From a virus (taxonomy: Duplodnaviria > Caudoviricetes), in the IMG/VR virus record IMGVR_UViG_3300017777_006778, positions 1 through 45,590 of that record: DNA of 45,590 nt; one strand, 5' to 3'. Each line of letters opens with the position of its first letter. Position 1 is the stretch's first letter. The notes beneath the pieces were generated by a model. That model had not been told where the DNA came from, did no database searches, and saw only the letters and a program-made list of their open reading frames with translations. The position numbers were made by a program, and so were the translations under genes. Positions 36,138 to 44,937 of this stretch are shown one piece after another.

Positions 36138-36596
36138 CTACGGCGCCGCGGCGCGGCGCGTGCGCTTGGCCGGCGCACCCTGCTCGCCTGGCCACACCCA
36201 GCACTGGGTCGGCGAGCACCCACGGAGGCGCATCCGCCGGTCCACGTACCCGGCCTCCCGCAGGAACGTGCCGATGGTCCGGCGAAGCGTCTGCTCTGAC
36301 ATCCCCTCGCCGGCATCCCCGAGATGGGGGAGCAGTTCCTGGAGGCGGAAGGCGGGCTCCTCGCGCACAATAGCGGCGCCCTTTGCCTTGAGCGCAGCGT
36401 CGAGCGCCGCCTTCCGCAACGTCCTACCGCGCACCGTCGAGCCCCACGCCTGCCGCTCCTCCGCCGTCGCAACCTTGTCGAGGTACTGGAGCAGCGCCTC
36501 TGCGATTACGTCCCGCTGGTTGCGGCCCGGAACCTGTGCGCAATGGACGCGCACGCGGCGGGACGTTTCGGGATCGAGGTCGATGCGGTTGCTCAC
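36138..36596 (-). CDS. Putative DNA-binding protein
   Basis: N-terminal ribbon-helix-helix-like pattern (RIDLDPETSRRVRVHCA...QRDVIAEALLQYL) and basic C-terminal RRTIGTFLREAGY...RRMRLRG...WVW. Confidence 0.6.
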   Translation of the reverse strand: MSNRIDLDPETSRRVRVHCAQVPGRNQRDVIAEALLQYLDKVATAEERQAWGSTVRGRTLRKAALDAALKAKGAAIVREEPAFRLQELLPHLGDAGEGMSEQTLRRTIGTFLREAGYVDRRMRLRGCSPTQCWVWPGEQGAPAKRTRRAAAP

Positions 36597-36656
36597 GGGT
36601 AGTCCTGCCTTTTGTAGGTCATGTAGCCCCTTTGTGCGCCCTACGTCAAGTCAGGG

Positions 36657-38009
36657 TCAGTAGTAGGAGCCAGCCGCCGAGGCGGTCCCAAGGTTCTGAA
36701 ACAACACGTACTTGTCCAAAAAGGCCAGTTCCACGGTGCCGATTGGACCGCTCCGCTGTTTGGCGATGATGATCTCGGCCACGCCCTTCTTCGCGCTGGC
36801 CTCTTTGTTGTAGACCTCATCGCGGTAGATGAAGAGAATGATGTCTGCGTCCTGCTCGATGGCGCCCGACTCGCGCAGGTCGCTCGGCATCGGCCGCTTG
36901 TCGGTGCGGGACTCAAGCGACCGGTTCAACTGGGACAAGCCGATGACCGGGATGTTGAGCTCCTTGGCAAGCATCTTGAGCCCACGCGAGATGTTGCTGA
37001 TCACGTTCTCGCGGGACTCCTTGGCGCCTCCGGACCCCTGCATGAGCTGGATGTAGTCGACCACGATCATCCCCAGTTTCGGGTAGGCCGCCTTCATGCG
37101 GCGCGCCTTCCCGCGAAGCTGCGAGATCGTGAGGCCCGGCGTGTCGTCGATGAGGATCGGCAACGACGCGATCACGTCGGTGCCCTCACCCAGGCGGCGC
37201 CAGTCCTCGACGTCGAGTTGCCCCGTCCGCATGCGGCCCGCGTCGACCCGGCTCTGCCCGGCTACCATTCGCATCACGAGTTGATGGCGCGACATTTCGA
37301 GCGAGAACATGCCGACGCAGATGTCCTCTGCGATGGCGGCGTTTACCATCATATTCAGTACGAATGCAGTCTTTCCCATTGCAGGACGAGCCGCGATCAC
37401 GATGAAGTCCGTGCGATGCAGGCCCGCCAACTTGTGGTCGAGGTCCGCGAAGCCGGTGGGGATGCCGGTGACCACGCCCGGGTTGTTCGACCTCTTCGTG
37501 AGCTCAAGGAGGTTCTCCGCGGCGATGGCCTCGACGGTGTACCAGTCCTGCGAGCCGGACATAGCTGTGATCGAGAACACCTCGCGCTCGGCGCCGTCCA
37601 TGAGCTCGGCCAAGTCCTTCACGCCGGCTTGCACGTCCTCCTCGATCTTGCGAGCCGCAAGGAGCAGGTGCCGGCGCTGGGAGTGCTCCTTGACGCGGAG
37701 TGCGTAGGCACCAAGGTTCTCGACGCTTGAGCACGCCTGGGGCAGCGCGGTGATGTAGGCCACGCCGCCGTGCCGCTCCAGGTCGTGACGGAGCATGAGG
37801 TCGTCGAGCACCGTGGTCACGTCGGGCGTGATGCCTGAGTCAGCAAGGCGGAGGATGGTTTCAAAGAGCATCTGGTGCCGCGGCGCGAAGAAGTCGCGCG
37901 GCGCGAGCACCTCGCGGATCTCGGCCAGGATGACGCTTTCCGCAAGCAGCGCGCCGCCGAGGAGCGACCGCTCGGTGTCGATGTTGTGAGGTAGGCCTTG
38001 CTCGCTCAT
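36657..38009 (-). CDS. dnaB: Replicative DNA helicase DnaB
   Basis: IAARPAMGKT, FSLEM, IVVDYIQLM, LSQLNR, SDLRESGAIEQDAD, IIAKQRSGPIG. Confidence 0.98.
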   Translation of the reverse strand: MSEQGLPHNIDTERSLLGGALLAESVILAEIREVLAPRDFFAPRHQMLFETILRLADSGITPDVTTVLDDLMLRHDLERHGGVAYITALPQACSSVENLGAYALRVKEHSQRRHLLLAARKIEEDVQAGVKDLAELMDGAEREVFSITAMSGSQDWYTVEAIAAENLLELTKRSNNPGVVTGIPTGFADLDHKLAGLHRTDFIVIAARPAMGKTAFVLNMMVNAAIAEDICVGMFSLEMSRHQLVMRMVAGQSRVDAGRMRTGQLDVEDWRRLGEGTDVIASLPILIDDTPGLTISQLRGKARRMKAAYPKLGMIVVDYIQLMQGSGGAKESRENVISNISRGLKMLAKELNIPVIGLSQLNRSLESRTDKRPMPSDLRESGAIEQDADIILFIYRDEVYNKEASAKKGVAEIIIAKQRSGPIGTVELAFLDKYVLFQNLGTASAAGSYY

Positions 38010-38263
38010 GTCCCGCTCCCCGTCACCCGCGTCACAGTCGGCGGGTCCTCGTTCCAGTTGATGATGATCTTGGTGGCGCCCACAAGGCTGGCGGTGTCAA
38101 TCAACGCGACCACTCCACCGTCGACGTCGCAGACGAGGGCGGCAAACGCGGGCCCGTGGTCTTCGTCACGCCAGTACCCGGCCGGCATCTCGCCCACCTG
38201 GACAATGCGTGTGCCGGCAATGGTCTCGGGGAGGTCGCGTCTGACGAGGCGCAGGTGTCTCAT
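38006..38263 (-). CDS. Hypothetical protein (85 aa)
   Basis: ATGA coupling to dnaB; promoter immediately upstream. Confidence 0.7.
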   Translation of the reverse strand: MRHLRLVRRDLPETIAGTRIVQVGEMPAGYWRDEDHGPAFAALVCDVDGGVVALIDTASLVGATKIIINWNEDPPTVTRVTGSGT

Positions 38264-38269
38264 GCGGAA

Positions 38270-38298
38270 AGCGTAGCCGGTGTGCTTCCGTTGCGCAA
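38270..38298 (-). promoter_or_regulatory. Sigma70-like promoter, probably leaderless, for the replication operon
   Basis: TTGCGC - 17 bp - TACGCT, with ATG 38263 seven nt downstream. Confidence 0.55.
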
Positions 38299-38302
38299 CA
38301 CG

Positions 38303-38746
38303 CTACCACCAGTAGACGCCATCCTCCTCGTACTTGGCGCCGAACGTAGTGTAGCCAGGAAGTGCGCGATCGGTTCCGCCGCCGGGAGACGGCGTACCTG
38401 CCCGCGGACGCCGCGGCAGCGCGCGGATCTCGGCCGGGCTGTTGAGTCGCTCGAGGCGTAGTTCTGACGGACACCACCACTCCGCGCCCGACGCGCCCTC
38501 AACGCGAACCATGACGCCGGCGACGTCGCCACGCCAGCGACGGGCAGCCCGCGACGCGGCTTGCGCGCGTTCGCGTTCCCCTGGGCTCCAGTTCACCGGC
38601 GGAGTGCGCTCAATGGTGCGGCGCGCCGGGCCTGCGTAGACCACTACGCCCTCAAGCGTGTTCGCGCGCGTCTTCCACCGCACGCGCTCACCAAGGCGGA
38701 CCCGGTAGAGAGCCGCTGCTTGTGCGCGTTGTTTAGGGGTCGCCAT
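38303..38746 (-). CDS. Hypothetical Arg-rich protein
   Basis: MATPKQRAQ... start at ATG 38746; SH3-like beta pattern. Confidence 0.6.
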   Translation of the reverse strand: MATPKQRAQAAALYRVRLGERVRWKTRANTLEGVVVYAGPARRTIERTPPVNWSPGERERAQAASRAARRWRGDVAGVMVRVEGASGAEWWCPSELRLERLNSPAEIRALPRRPRAGTPSPGGGTDRALPGYTTFGAKYEEDGVYWW

Positions 38747-38851
38747 GCTGTACGCGTACCTGACGCGCAGCAATTCGTCGAGGCCCCAGCGCCACCGCCG
38801 GTAGGGTGTCGCTGGACGTCTGGTACAACGGCGAGAACGGGCTGGCGAGGC

Positions 38852-39163
38852 TTAGGGCGTCGTGTCCAAGCGCCGCTCAATCCGGTCGAGGCGGCGGAGG
38901 ATCTCGTCGTACCGCGCGCCCGATAGGGCCTCGCTCGCTTCGGCGGCGGCCGAGGCCTCGCGGCGCATCTGCTCGACGATGGCGCTCATGCGCGCATCTA
39001 CGCGAGCGTCCACCTCCGCGAGGTCACCATCGCGTGTATACGCGCCGACGCCGCCCGCTGCTGTCGCGCCGAGTACTCCACTCGATAAGAGCATCGCAAG
39101 GATGCCCGCCGGGCCTTCGACTCGGAAGGCTTTGCTGTACCAAGACGTCGAGTCGTTAGGCAT
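38852..39163 (-). CDS. Small membrane protein with coiled coil (holin-like candidate)
   Basis: Hydrophobic GILAMLLSSGVLGATAAGGVGAY followed by heptad ILRRLDRIERRLD; GAGGT RBS. Confidence 0.6.
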   Translation of the reverse strand: MPNDSTSWYSKAFRVEGPAGILAMLLSSGVLGATAAGGVGAYTRDGDLAEVDARVDARMSAIVEQMRREASAAAEASEALSGARYDEILRRLDRIERRLDTTP

Positions 39164-39184
39164 GGATACCTCTGAGCCGGCAGA

Positions 39185-39388
39185 CTACCACGTCTCCGGC
39201 AAGTTAGCCGTCCACTCGACGCCCGTTGCGTCCGTCACGACGATGTGTCCGGCGCGGTCGACACGCTCCGGCTCCGGCGCGTAGCCGGCCGCGACGAGGT
39301 CAGCGTGATGAACGAGGGGCGCCTCGATGCGGGCGGCGGTGTGGCCCTCGGCGGCGAGGGCTGCGACCCAGGCGACAGTCGGGCTCAT
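39185..39388 (-). CDS. Hypothetical protein (67 aa)
   Basis: ATGA coupling to the upstream gene. Confidence 0.65.
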   Translation of the reverse strand: MSPTVAWVAALAAEGHTAARIEAPLVHHADLVAAGYAPEPERVDRAGHIVVTDATGVEWTANLPETW

Positions 39389-40359
39389 GCGTGCGCCAGG
39401 ATGACGGCGTCTTGGTCGGCCGAGCGCGATCCACTGACGAGATAGCCGACGGTCGTGCCGCCGTTCGTGAGCTTGGTCGCCGTCTTGCCATCGCTGAACA
39501 TGCTGATCTCCCTCAAGCGGCCGAGGGCCGAGTCGTTGGGCGCGGAGGCCACCGCGCGGTAGTCGTAGGGCGCGCGAACGAACCTCCCCGACCGGGTCTT
39601 CAGCCCGGTCGTCGTCATCGCCCCTGTGGAGAGAGCGCGGCGGCTCATCGTGATCAGCGTGCTCCCGCCGGGCGTGAAGACACTGGCGTGATTGCTGCTG
39701 GCGGTTGGCGAATGGTCGAGGAACCCTGACCCCGAGCTGAGCGCGCTACTGATTGCGTTGGTGGGGCCACTGTTGATCATGCCGTAGAGCTTGCCGTCGG
39801 ACTCGGCATCGCTCACCACGTCGGTACTTTCGGGGTCGAGGAGCGCCCCAAGCAGCACGGCGTAGGGGGCGCCCGCCGCCGTCTCAATCAGCACGAGCAC
39901 CGCCTCGGTCCCCTCGTACAGCCGAACGGTGCCGGCGCCCGAGCTGGACGCCCACGCGCGCCAGTACCCGAAAGTCTGCCCAGAAGTGAAGGGTGAAGCC
40001 GCGTTCCACGACGCGAACGCACCGGCGTTCTTGACGACGTTGCAGTGCATGGTACCCGCGGCGGCCACATCGGGCACCGCCATCGTCTGTACCGGCACGG
40101 CGGCCACGGCTGCGCCGGCGAGGATGATGCGGAGGTTGAGGGTATCGGTCGGCGGCGATGCGTAGCAGGCCTCCGTGACGCCGACGTTCTGATAGCGGCT
40201 CCACGTCCAAGCGGACCCGCTACCCGGCGTGCGCGCCGACCCGTCCGCGTAGGTCACCGCCGTCCCGAGGACGTAGAGCGCGTCGAGGGCAGAGGCCACG
40301 GTCGCCGCAGCGAAGGCCTGTCCTCCGACGTACCGCCATGCGAGAGGGGCGAGGCTCAT
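39385..40359 (-). CDS. Putative virion/tail-associated protein (beta-rich, 324 aa)
   Basis: Start ATG 40359 (ATGA overlap); Ser/Thr/Gly/Ala-rich; follows a tail-fibre-like gene. Confidence 0.7.
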   Translation of the reverse strand: MSLAPLAWRYVGGQAFAAATVASALDALYVLGTAVTYADGSARTPGSGSAWTWSRYQNVGVTEACYASPPTDTLNLRIILAGAAVAAVPVQTMAVPDVAAAGTMHCNVVKNAGAFASWNAASPFTSGQTFGYWRAWASSSGAGTVRLYEGTEAVLVLIETAAGAPYAVLLGALLDPESTDVVSDAESDGKLYGMINSGPTNAISSALSSGSGFLDHSPTASSNHASVFTPGGSTLITMSRRALSTGAMTTTGLKTRSGRFVRAPYDYRAVASAPNDSALGRLREISMFSDGKTATKLTNGGTTVGYLVSGSRSADQDAVILAHA

Positions 40360-41057
40360 GCGACGGTGCCTGCGGAGGAGATGGTGGTCGGGTAGGCGAC
40401 GGAGAGCCCTTCGAGGTCCACGAGGCAGCCGTCCGGGGACACCACGAGCGCGAGGGCGACCCACGCGCCGATCATGGTGGCGCCCGAGCGCCTGAGCAGT
40501 TGGCCGTCCAACACGGCACCAAGTGCTAGCGTCGTTGGCCCACTCGTCTCGCGCACGGCGGACGCGTAGGCAAGGTCAATCGTCGGGTTGCCAGCAACGC
40601 CGGAGCCGTTGACAACGGTGAGCTGCGCCGAGCCCGCGGTGACGGCGCGTGCGGCTGCGGTGCCCGAACCGGTGCGCGCGACGAGGCCGGTGGACGAGAG
40701 AGCGGCGTAGCCGTCGAGGTCGGTGTCCCAGGACTGGACGCCCCCCGACGCTCCGATCTGCGTGTAGGAGGCGGCCCCCGCCCCGTCGAATCCGGCGAGG
40801 CGCGATGCGGTGCCGGTGTGGCCCGACAAGGTCCAGGCGAGCGCGGTTAGAGCGGTGTGGGCGCTAACGCCGCCGCCGCTGCCTACGGCAACAGACGTGC
40901 CGTCAGACAAGCCCATCCGAAGCGCGCCAGACGACTGGTCCCGATACAGCGTGACGAATCCCGCGGGAGGCGTGAGCGGCACGGTGGTTCGCACCTCGAG
41001 CACAATCGTTCCGAGTCGGCGCGCGAGCGATACGAGTTGAGCCCACATGCGCCGCAT
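40356..41057 (-). CDS. Tail-fibre-like protein
   Basis: Fibre-type motifs GVQSWDTDLDGYAAL and GLVARTGSGTAAARAVTAG...TVVNGSGVAGNPTIDL; start uncertain (41048-41090). Confidence 0.7.
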   Translation of the reverse strand: MRRMWAQLVSLARRLGTIVLEVRTTVPLTPPAGFVTLYRDQSSGALRMGLSDGTSVAVGSGGGVSAHTALTALAWTLSGHTGTASRLAGFDGAGAASYTQIGASGGVQSWDTDLDGYAALSSTGLVARTGSGTAAARAVTAGSAQLTVVNGSGVAGNPTIDLAYASAVRETSGPTTLALGAVLDGQLLRRSGATMIGAWVALALVVSPDGCLVDLEGLSVAYPTTISSAGTVA

Positions 41058-41157
41058 CCTACAACGGGGTCGCTCGGCAGACCAGCCCATTCCCGAAAAC
41101 GGAAACGAGCCGCGATGTCGCCATCGAGGCTCGTTTGCTGCCGTACGCGCTCGCCCT

Positions 41158-41328
41158 TTAGACGGGGCTCACGGATCCGCTCGTGCGGCGCACCTGCTTG
41201 CCGCTCGCAGTGAGGAGCGTGTAGGTGTCGGTCTGGGCGTCGTAGCCCTCCACCGTCGCGGCGCCGCGGCCGTTTCCGATCTTGAAGGTGACGTTGGACT
41301 TGTTCGCGTAGGCCTGCTTATCGTTCAT
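41158..41328 (-). CDS. Small basic SH3-like protein (56 aa)
   Basis: Strong RBS AGGAGG before ATG 41328 and its own promoter. Confidence 0.75.
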   Translation of the reverse strand: MNDKQAYANKSNVTFKIGNGRGAATVEGYDAQTDTYTLLTASGKQVRRTSGSVSPV

Positions 41329-41354
41329 GTGTAGCCCCTCCTGGAGGCACCGGA

Positions 41355-41383
41355 AGCATACCAACAACGTCCCGTTGCGGCAA
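41355..41383 (-). promoter_or_regulatory. Sigma70-like promoter
   Basis: TTGCCG - 17 bp - TATGCT. Confidence 0.65.
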
Positions 41384-41404
41384 GGGTTGCCGAGCGACCT
41401 TCCG

Positions 41405-41692
41405 CTACGACGGAGCGTCACCTACAAGCAACGCGTCCATCTCCGCCGCCCACTGCTGCGGGACAAGCATGCTCTGCGTGAGCGGGTTGAAGATGAAGCC
41501 ACGATGCGACAACAAGCGGCCGCTCTGGGCCCAGGTGTCTGTGTCGCACTGGTAGGTTGTCCAGATCAACTTGCTGGCCTCGACGCGCGCCAGCGTCGCT
41601 GGGTGGTACCCGTCGCGCGCCACGTCGTCCAGGCTCGAGAGCGCGCGCAGGTTGTCGAGCGGCGCGATGCCGCCAGGCTGTTTCAGATCCAC
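41405..41692 (-). CDS. Hypothetical protein (95 aa)
   Basis: GTG 41692 overlaps the upstream gene end; protein-like translation from there. Confidence 0.6.
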   Translation of the reverse strand: MDLKQPGGIAPLDNLRALSSLDDVARDGYHPATLARVEASKLIWTTYQCDTDTWAQSGRLLSHRGFIFNPLTQSMLVPQQWAAEMDALLVGDAPS

Positions 41693-42231
41693 GGAGTACC
41701 CCACACGGCCCAGAGGAGCGCCGCGGTGTTGATGGTGATGTGCAGGGTGTTGTCGACGATGATCGTGAGCCAGGTGCCGAGGAAGGGCGGTGGCGCCGGG
41801 AACTCGGGGGCCTGGCGCCGCGCCTCGTCCTGCATGTGGCTGTTGCCGCCGCGCACCCACGGGTGGAGCTTGGATCCGTCCCAGGTGTGGTAGATGCTCT
41901 CGGCCTGCTCCTCGCGGTAGGTCGCCCGGTCTCGCGCCGTCCACCACAGCCCGGGGTGGCCGACGCCGTACCAGACGCACCACTTCCTGGCGATGCCGAG
42001 CCGGTCGATGGCGGCGTGGGTGAGCAGAATGACGGCGAGCGCCACGTCGGTCCGCCACGAGGCCACGCCGAACGCGCTGGCCACGCCGAGGAGCGCCGCG
42101 AACGGGAAGGTGTAGAACGTCGCGTGCACGACGGCCCACGTCCAGGAGGACACCTTCCTCGTCGCCATAGTGTGCGACTGGAGGGGGTAGTCCCCGATGA
42201 GGTGGGCGATGAGTCCGAGCGAGACGATCAC
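41683..42231 (-). CDS. DUF3307-like membrane protein
   Basis: AHLIGDYPLQ, VVHATFY, THAAIDR, IVDNTLH His/Asp motifs with hydrophobic helices. Confidence 0.85.
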   Translation of the reverse strand: MIVSLGLIAHLIGDYPLQSHTMATRKVSSWTWAVVHATFYTFPFAALLGVASAFGVASWRTDVALAVILLTHAAIDRLGIARKWCVWYGVGHPGLWWTARDRATYREEQAESIYHTWDGSKLHPWVRGGNSHMQDEARRQAPEFPAPPPFLGTWLTIIVDNTLHITINTAALLWAVWGTPWI

Positions 42232-42518
42232 GAAGACTCCGGTGGCGTGAGAGAGAGGACGACGGTGATGAGCACGTCGGTCTGCGAGATCTGCGCGATC
42301 ACGCCGGCCGGGGCGGGTGGGGCCACCATTGTCGTGGCTGGCGTGTAGGCAACTTCGACGACGTAGTAGCGGCGCCCGGCAGATCCTTGGTGCATGGGGT
42401 CATCGGGGAGCTCCACACGCTCTCCGCGCCGCGGCACCACCGGCCAGCGGTAGACCTGCTTGTCGTACCTCCGCGAAGAGGCAGCCGGGTCGGTCGGGAT
42501 GAGGAAGACGATGAGCAT
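42228..42518 (-). CDS. Hypothetical protein (96 aa)
   Basis: Coupled on both sides; VPRRGERVEL...YYVVEVAY pattern. Confidence 0.7.
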   Translation of the reverse strand: MLIVFLIPTDPAASSRRYDKQVYRWPVVPRRGERVELPDDPMHQGSAGRRYYVVEVAYTPATTMVAPPAPAGVIAQISQTDVLITVVLSLTPPESS

Positions 42519-43354
42519 TAGAACGGCGGGTCAGTGTCGTCGAGGGGCGCCAGGGTGGCGGAAGCGGCAGCGGACTTGCGCGCCAGCGCTTCGTGGTCGA
42601 GGACGTGCGCGTCGATGAGCCGCAGGATGCTGTCGCGGTTGAGGCCGGCAGACTCCGCGCGACGGAGCACGGGCCACGCCTCGGGGGGCTGGCTCTTGAG
42701 CAGGTTGATGATGCCGCCCGACTTGGTGAACGTCGGCATCGTCTTCTTCCAGTGCTCGAAGGGAAGCACCTCGACCACCACATCCTTGGCGGGCGCGACC
42801 ACGGGCCCCTGGCTGGTGAAGGTCACCTGGCTGTTGGGGTTCTCCTCGGTCGGAATGACCGCGGTGGCCACCTCGGGCGGCGTGGTGGCGCGGTCGGGGG
42901 CAGGTTCGACCGGGCACCTGCCCGCCAACCAGGCCCACCCATGCGGGAGCTCGGTGAAACACCCGTAGCGGCCCGTCTCTTCGTGCTGGGCATTGTCGGT
43001 GTCGAGCGGGCCAGCCACGGCCGGCGGAACCTCCGGCGTCTTCGCCGCCCTGGGCGCGCGGGCCCGGCGCACCTTCTCGGCGGGCGCCTCAGCCGGCGGG
43101 GTCTCCGCCGCGGGCGCGACGACCGGCTCCTCGAGCGCGTAGTGCTCGCTCATGTAGTCGATGAACTCCGCGCCGATCTTGCCGAGCGTCATGTCGCGCG
43201 CCTTGAGCGCGTCGTCGATGCGGGCGTTGGCGATGGAGATCGTGATGCTCTCGTTGGTCACGATGTCGTCGCAGAGGTCGACCACCGCCTGCTTGCGGTC
43301 CTTGAACTTCTGGATGTCCTCGTGGACGCGGATCTCGATGGGGGAAACGGGCAT
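42518..43354 (-). CDS. Hypothetical protein (278 aa)
   Basis: GAGGT RBS before ATG 43354; strong GC3. Confidence 0.75.
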   Translation of the reverse strand: MPVSPIEIRVHEDIQKFKDRKQAVVDLCDDIVTNESITISIANARIDDALKARDMTLGKIGAEFIDYMSEHYALEEPVVAPAAETPPAEAPAEKVRRARAPRAAKTPEVPPAVAGPLDTDNAQHEETGRYGCFTELPHGWAWLAGRCPVEPAPDRATTPPEVATAVIPTEENPNSQVTFTSQGPVVAPAKDVVVEVLPFEHWKKTMPTFTKSGGIINLLKSQPPEAWPVLRRAESAGLNRDSILRLIDAHVLDHEALARKSAAASATLAPLDDTDPPF

Positions 43355-43356
43355 GA

Positions 43357-43713
43357 CTACCTCGGGAGCGGGAGCGTGGAGTGGTGAGGGTAGAAGTGGT
43401 CGTCGAAGAGGGCGATGCTCTCCCAACGGATCCGGTTGGCGGAGAGGTCGCGGCGGCCCACGCCACGGACGCGCACGGGAGCACCGGGGGCAAGGCACTC
43501 GCACATGGAGACGCAGTCGTCCGCCATGCGCCGCGCCACCGTGGGGTACGCCGCCGTGATGGCGACGTTGCGACCGGAGATGGCCGCCAGCGCGGCCTTC
43601 ACGAGGGTGTGCGTAGAGCGGCCGGTCTGGGTGAACCCGCCTGCCGCCATCTGGGCCGCGTAGAGGTCGGGCTGCTCAAGCCCGAGTGCGGCAAAGGCCT
43701 CAGCCTCGGTCAC
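43357..43713 (-). CDS. Hypothetical protein (118 aa)
   Basis: GTGA overlap with the upstream gene; GC3 bias. Confidence 0.65.
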   Translation of the reverse strand: MTEAEAFAALGLEQPDLYAAQMAAGGFTQTGRSTHTLVKAALAAISGRNVAITAAYPTVARRMADDCVSMCECLAPGAPVRVRGVGRRDLSANRIRWESIALFDDHFYPHHSTLPLPR

Positions 43714-44063
43714 GCGTCGGTCTCCAGAAGTTGCTTGATGCGCTCGGCGGTGTCGAGCAAGTCCATGGCCACGGCCCTCCAGTCGCGGGCCATCCTTGGC
43801 ATGGCGGCGTACTTCTTGGACTCACCGAACGCGTAGACGGCGCCGTCAAGCACCTCCTGGAACGTGTCGGCCGCAAAGTCCCGGCCGTTGGCCACCTGGA
43901 GGGGGGTGCCGTGCTTCTTGATGCCGAACTCGCGGCGAGCCGCCATGTCGGCAAGGAGGTCTTTGCCGTAGGCGTTGTCGACCTCGGAGATGAGCTCGGC
44001 CCAGAGGTCGCCATCGGCAAGGATGGGCGGGGGCTGCGGGGTAAGCATGGCGTCGTCGGGCAT
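43710..44063 (-). CDS. MazG-like all-alpha nucleotide pyrophosphohydrolase-related protein
   Basis: DMAARREFGIKKHGTPLQVANGRD...FQEVLDGAVY (ExxD motif); GGAG RBS before ATG 44063. Confidence 0.6.
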   Translation of the reverse strand: MPDDAMLTPQPPPILADGDLWAELISEVDNAYGKDLLADMAARREFGIKKHGTPLQVANGRDFAADTFQEVLDGAVYAFGESKKYAAMPRMARDWRAVAMDLLDTAERIKQLLETDA

Positions 44064-44085
44064 GTAGCGCTCCAGTCCCGACAAC

Positions 44086-44592
44086 CTACTCCGTGCTGCG
44101 CGGCGGCGCTACACCAGACACGCTCAAAAGCGCATGCCGGTCCTTCGCCGACCGGCCGGCGGCCTCCAGGCGATCCATCACCCACGCGGGCGAGCCGAGC
44201 CACGGATCCGCCAGCACGACGTAGACGGGCAGCCCATTGAGGAGCGCCAGGCGGATCGTGATGGCTGTTCCGCTTGAGGCGGCGTCCCAGAACGCGACCA
44301 CCACGTCCACGTCGTCGACCACCTTGCCGTTCCGCACGAAGCCGGCGGCGCTGCCCAGGCGCCGCCACTCCTCGGCGGTGACGGGGATCTCGTAGGTCGG
44401 GATGCCCAGGCAGAGCGCCTCGTCCACGGCGATGCGGTCGACGTTGAGGTGCCGGTTCGACTTCCGGCCCGTCGCCGCGCCGGACACCACCACGATGGAC
44501 CCGTCCCGTGGGAGAGCTCGCACAAAGTCGAGCACCATGTCCGGGCAGAGGAACACGCGGCTGCCGACGATGGCGACGCGGAGGGGGGTCAC
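44086..44592 (-). CDS. SLOG-family protein (YspA/DUF2493-like)
   Basis: RVAIVGSR, VVVSGAATG...VDRIA, SAAGFVRN, VVAFWDAASSGT; GTG 44592. Confidence 0.88.
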   Translation of the reverse strand: MTPLRVAIVGSRVFLCPDMVLDFVRALPRDGSIVVVSGAATGRKSNRHLNVDRIAVDEALCLGIPTYEIPVTAEEWRRLGSAAGFVRNGKVVDDVDVVVAFWDAASSGTAITIRLALLNGLPVYVVLADPWLGSPAWVMDRLEAAGRSAKDRHALLSVSGVAPPRSTE

Positions 44593-44861
44593 CCCGCCGC
44601 CACGGCGCGACGCAGCACGATCTTTGAGTCGAGCGGCGGGCACCACGACTCAAAAACGCAGGCTCCGCGGCACGCGCCGGCGTACTCCCAGCTTCGCTTG
44701 CCCGCCTTCGTGTACGTGACGCCCTTCTCGGACACCACGACAGTCCCGTCCGGCAGGGCGTCGAGCACCTGGCCCTCCGGAGTCTGGAGGCGCTCGTACT
44801 CCCGCGCGTGGGCCGCGGCGCGTCGCTCAACTTGCTGGGTCCTGGATCGGTGGGAACTCAA
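44589..44861 (-). CDS. Hypothetical protein
   Basis: Protein-like LDALPDGTVVVSEKGVTYTK; start uncertain. Confidence 0.5.
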   Translation of the reverse strand: MSSHRSRTQQVERRAAAHAREYERLQTPEGQVLDALPDGTVVVSEKGVTYTKAGKRSWEYAGACRGACVFESWCPPLDSKIVLRRAVAAG

Positions 44862-44937
44862 CGGACACGTCCGCGTTGACGAGCGCGCTTGCGCTTCCCT
44901 GACGCAACAACTGCGTTTGCGGTTGGACCCTTGATGC

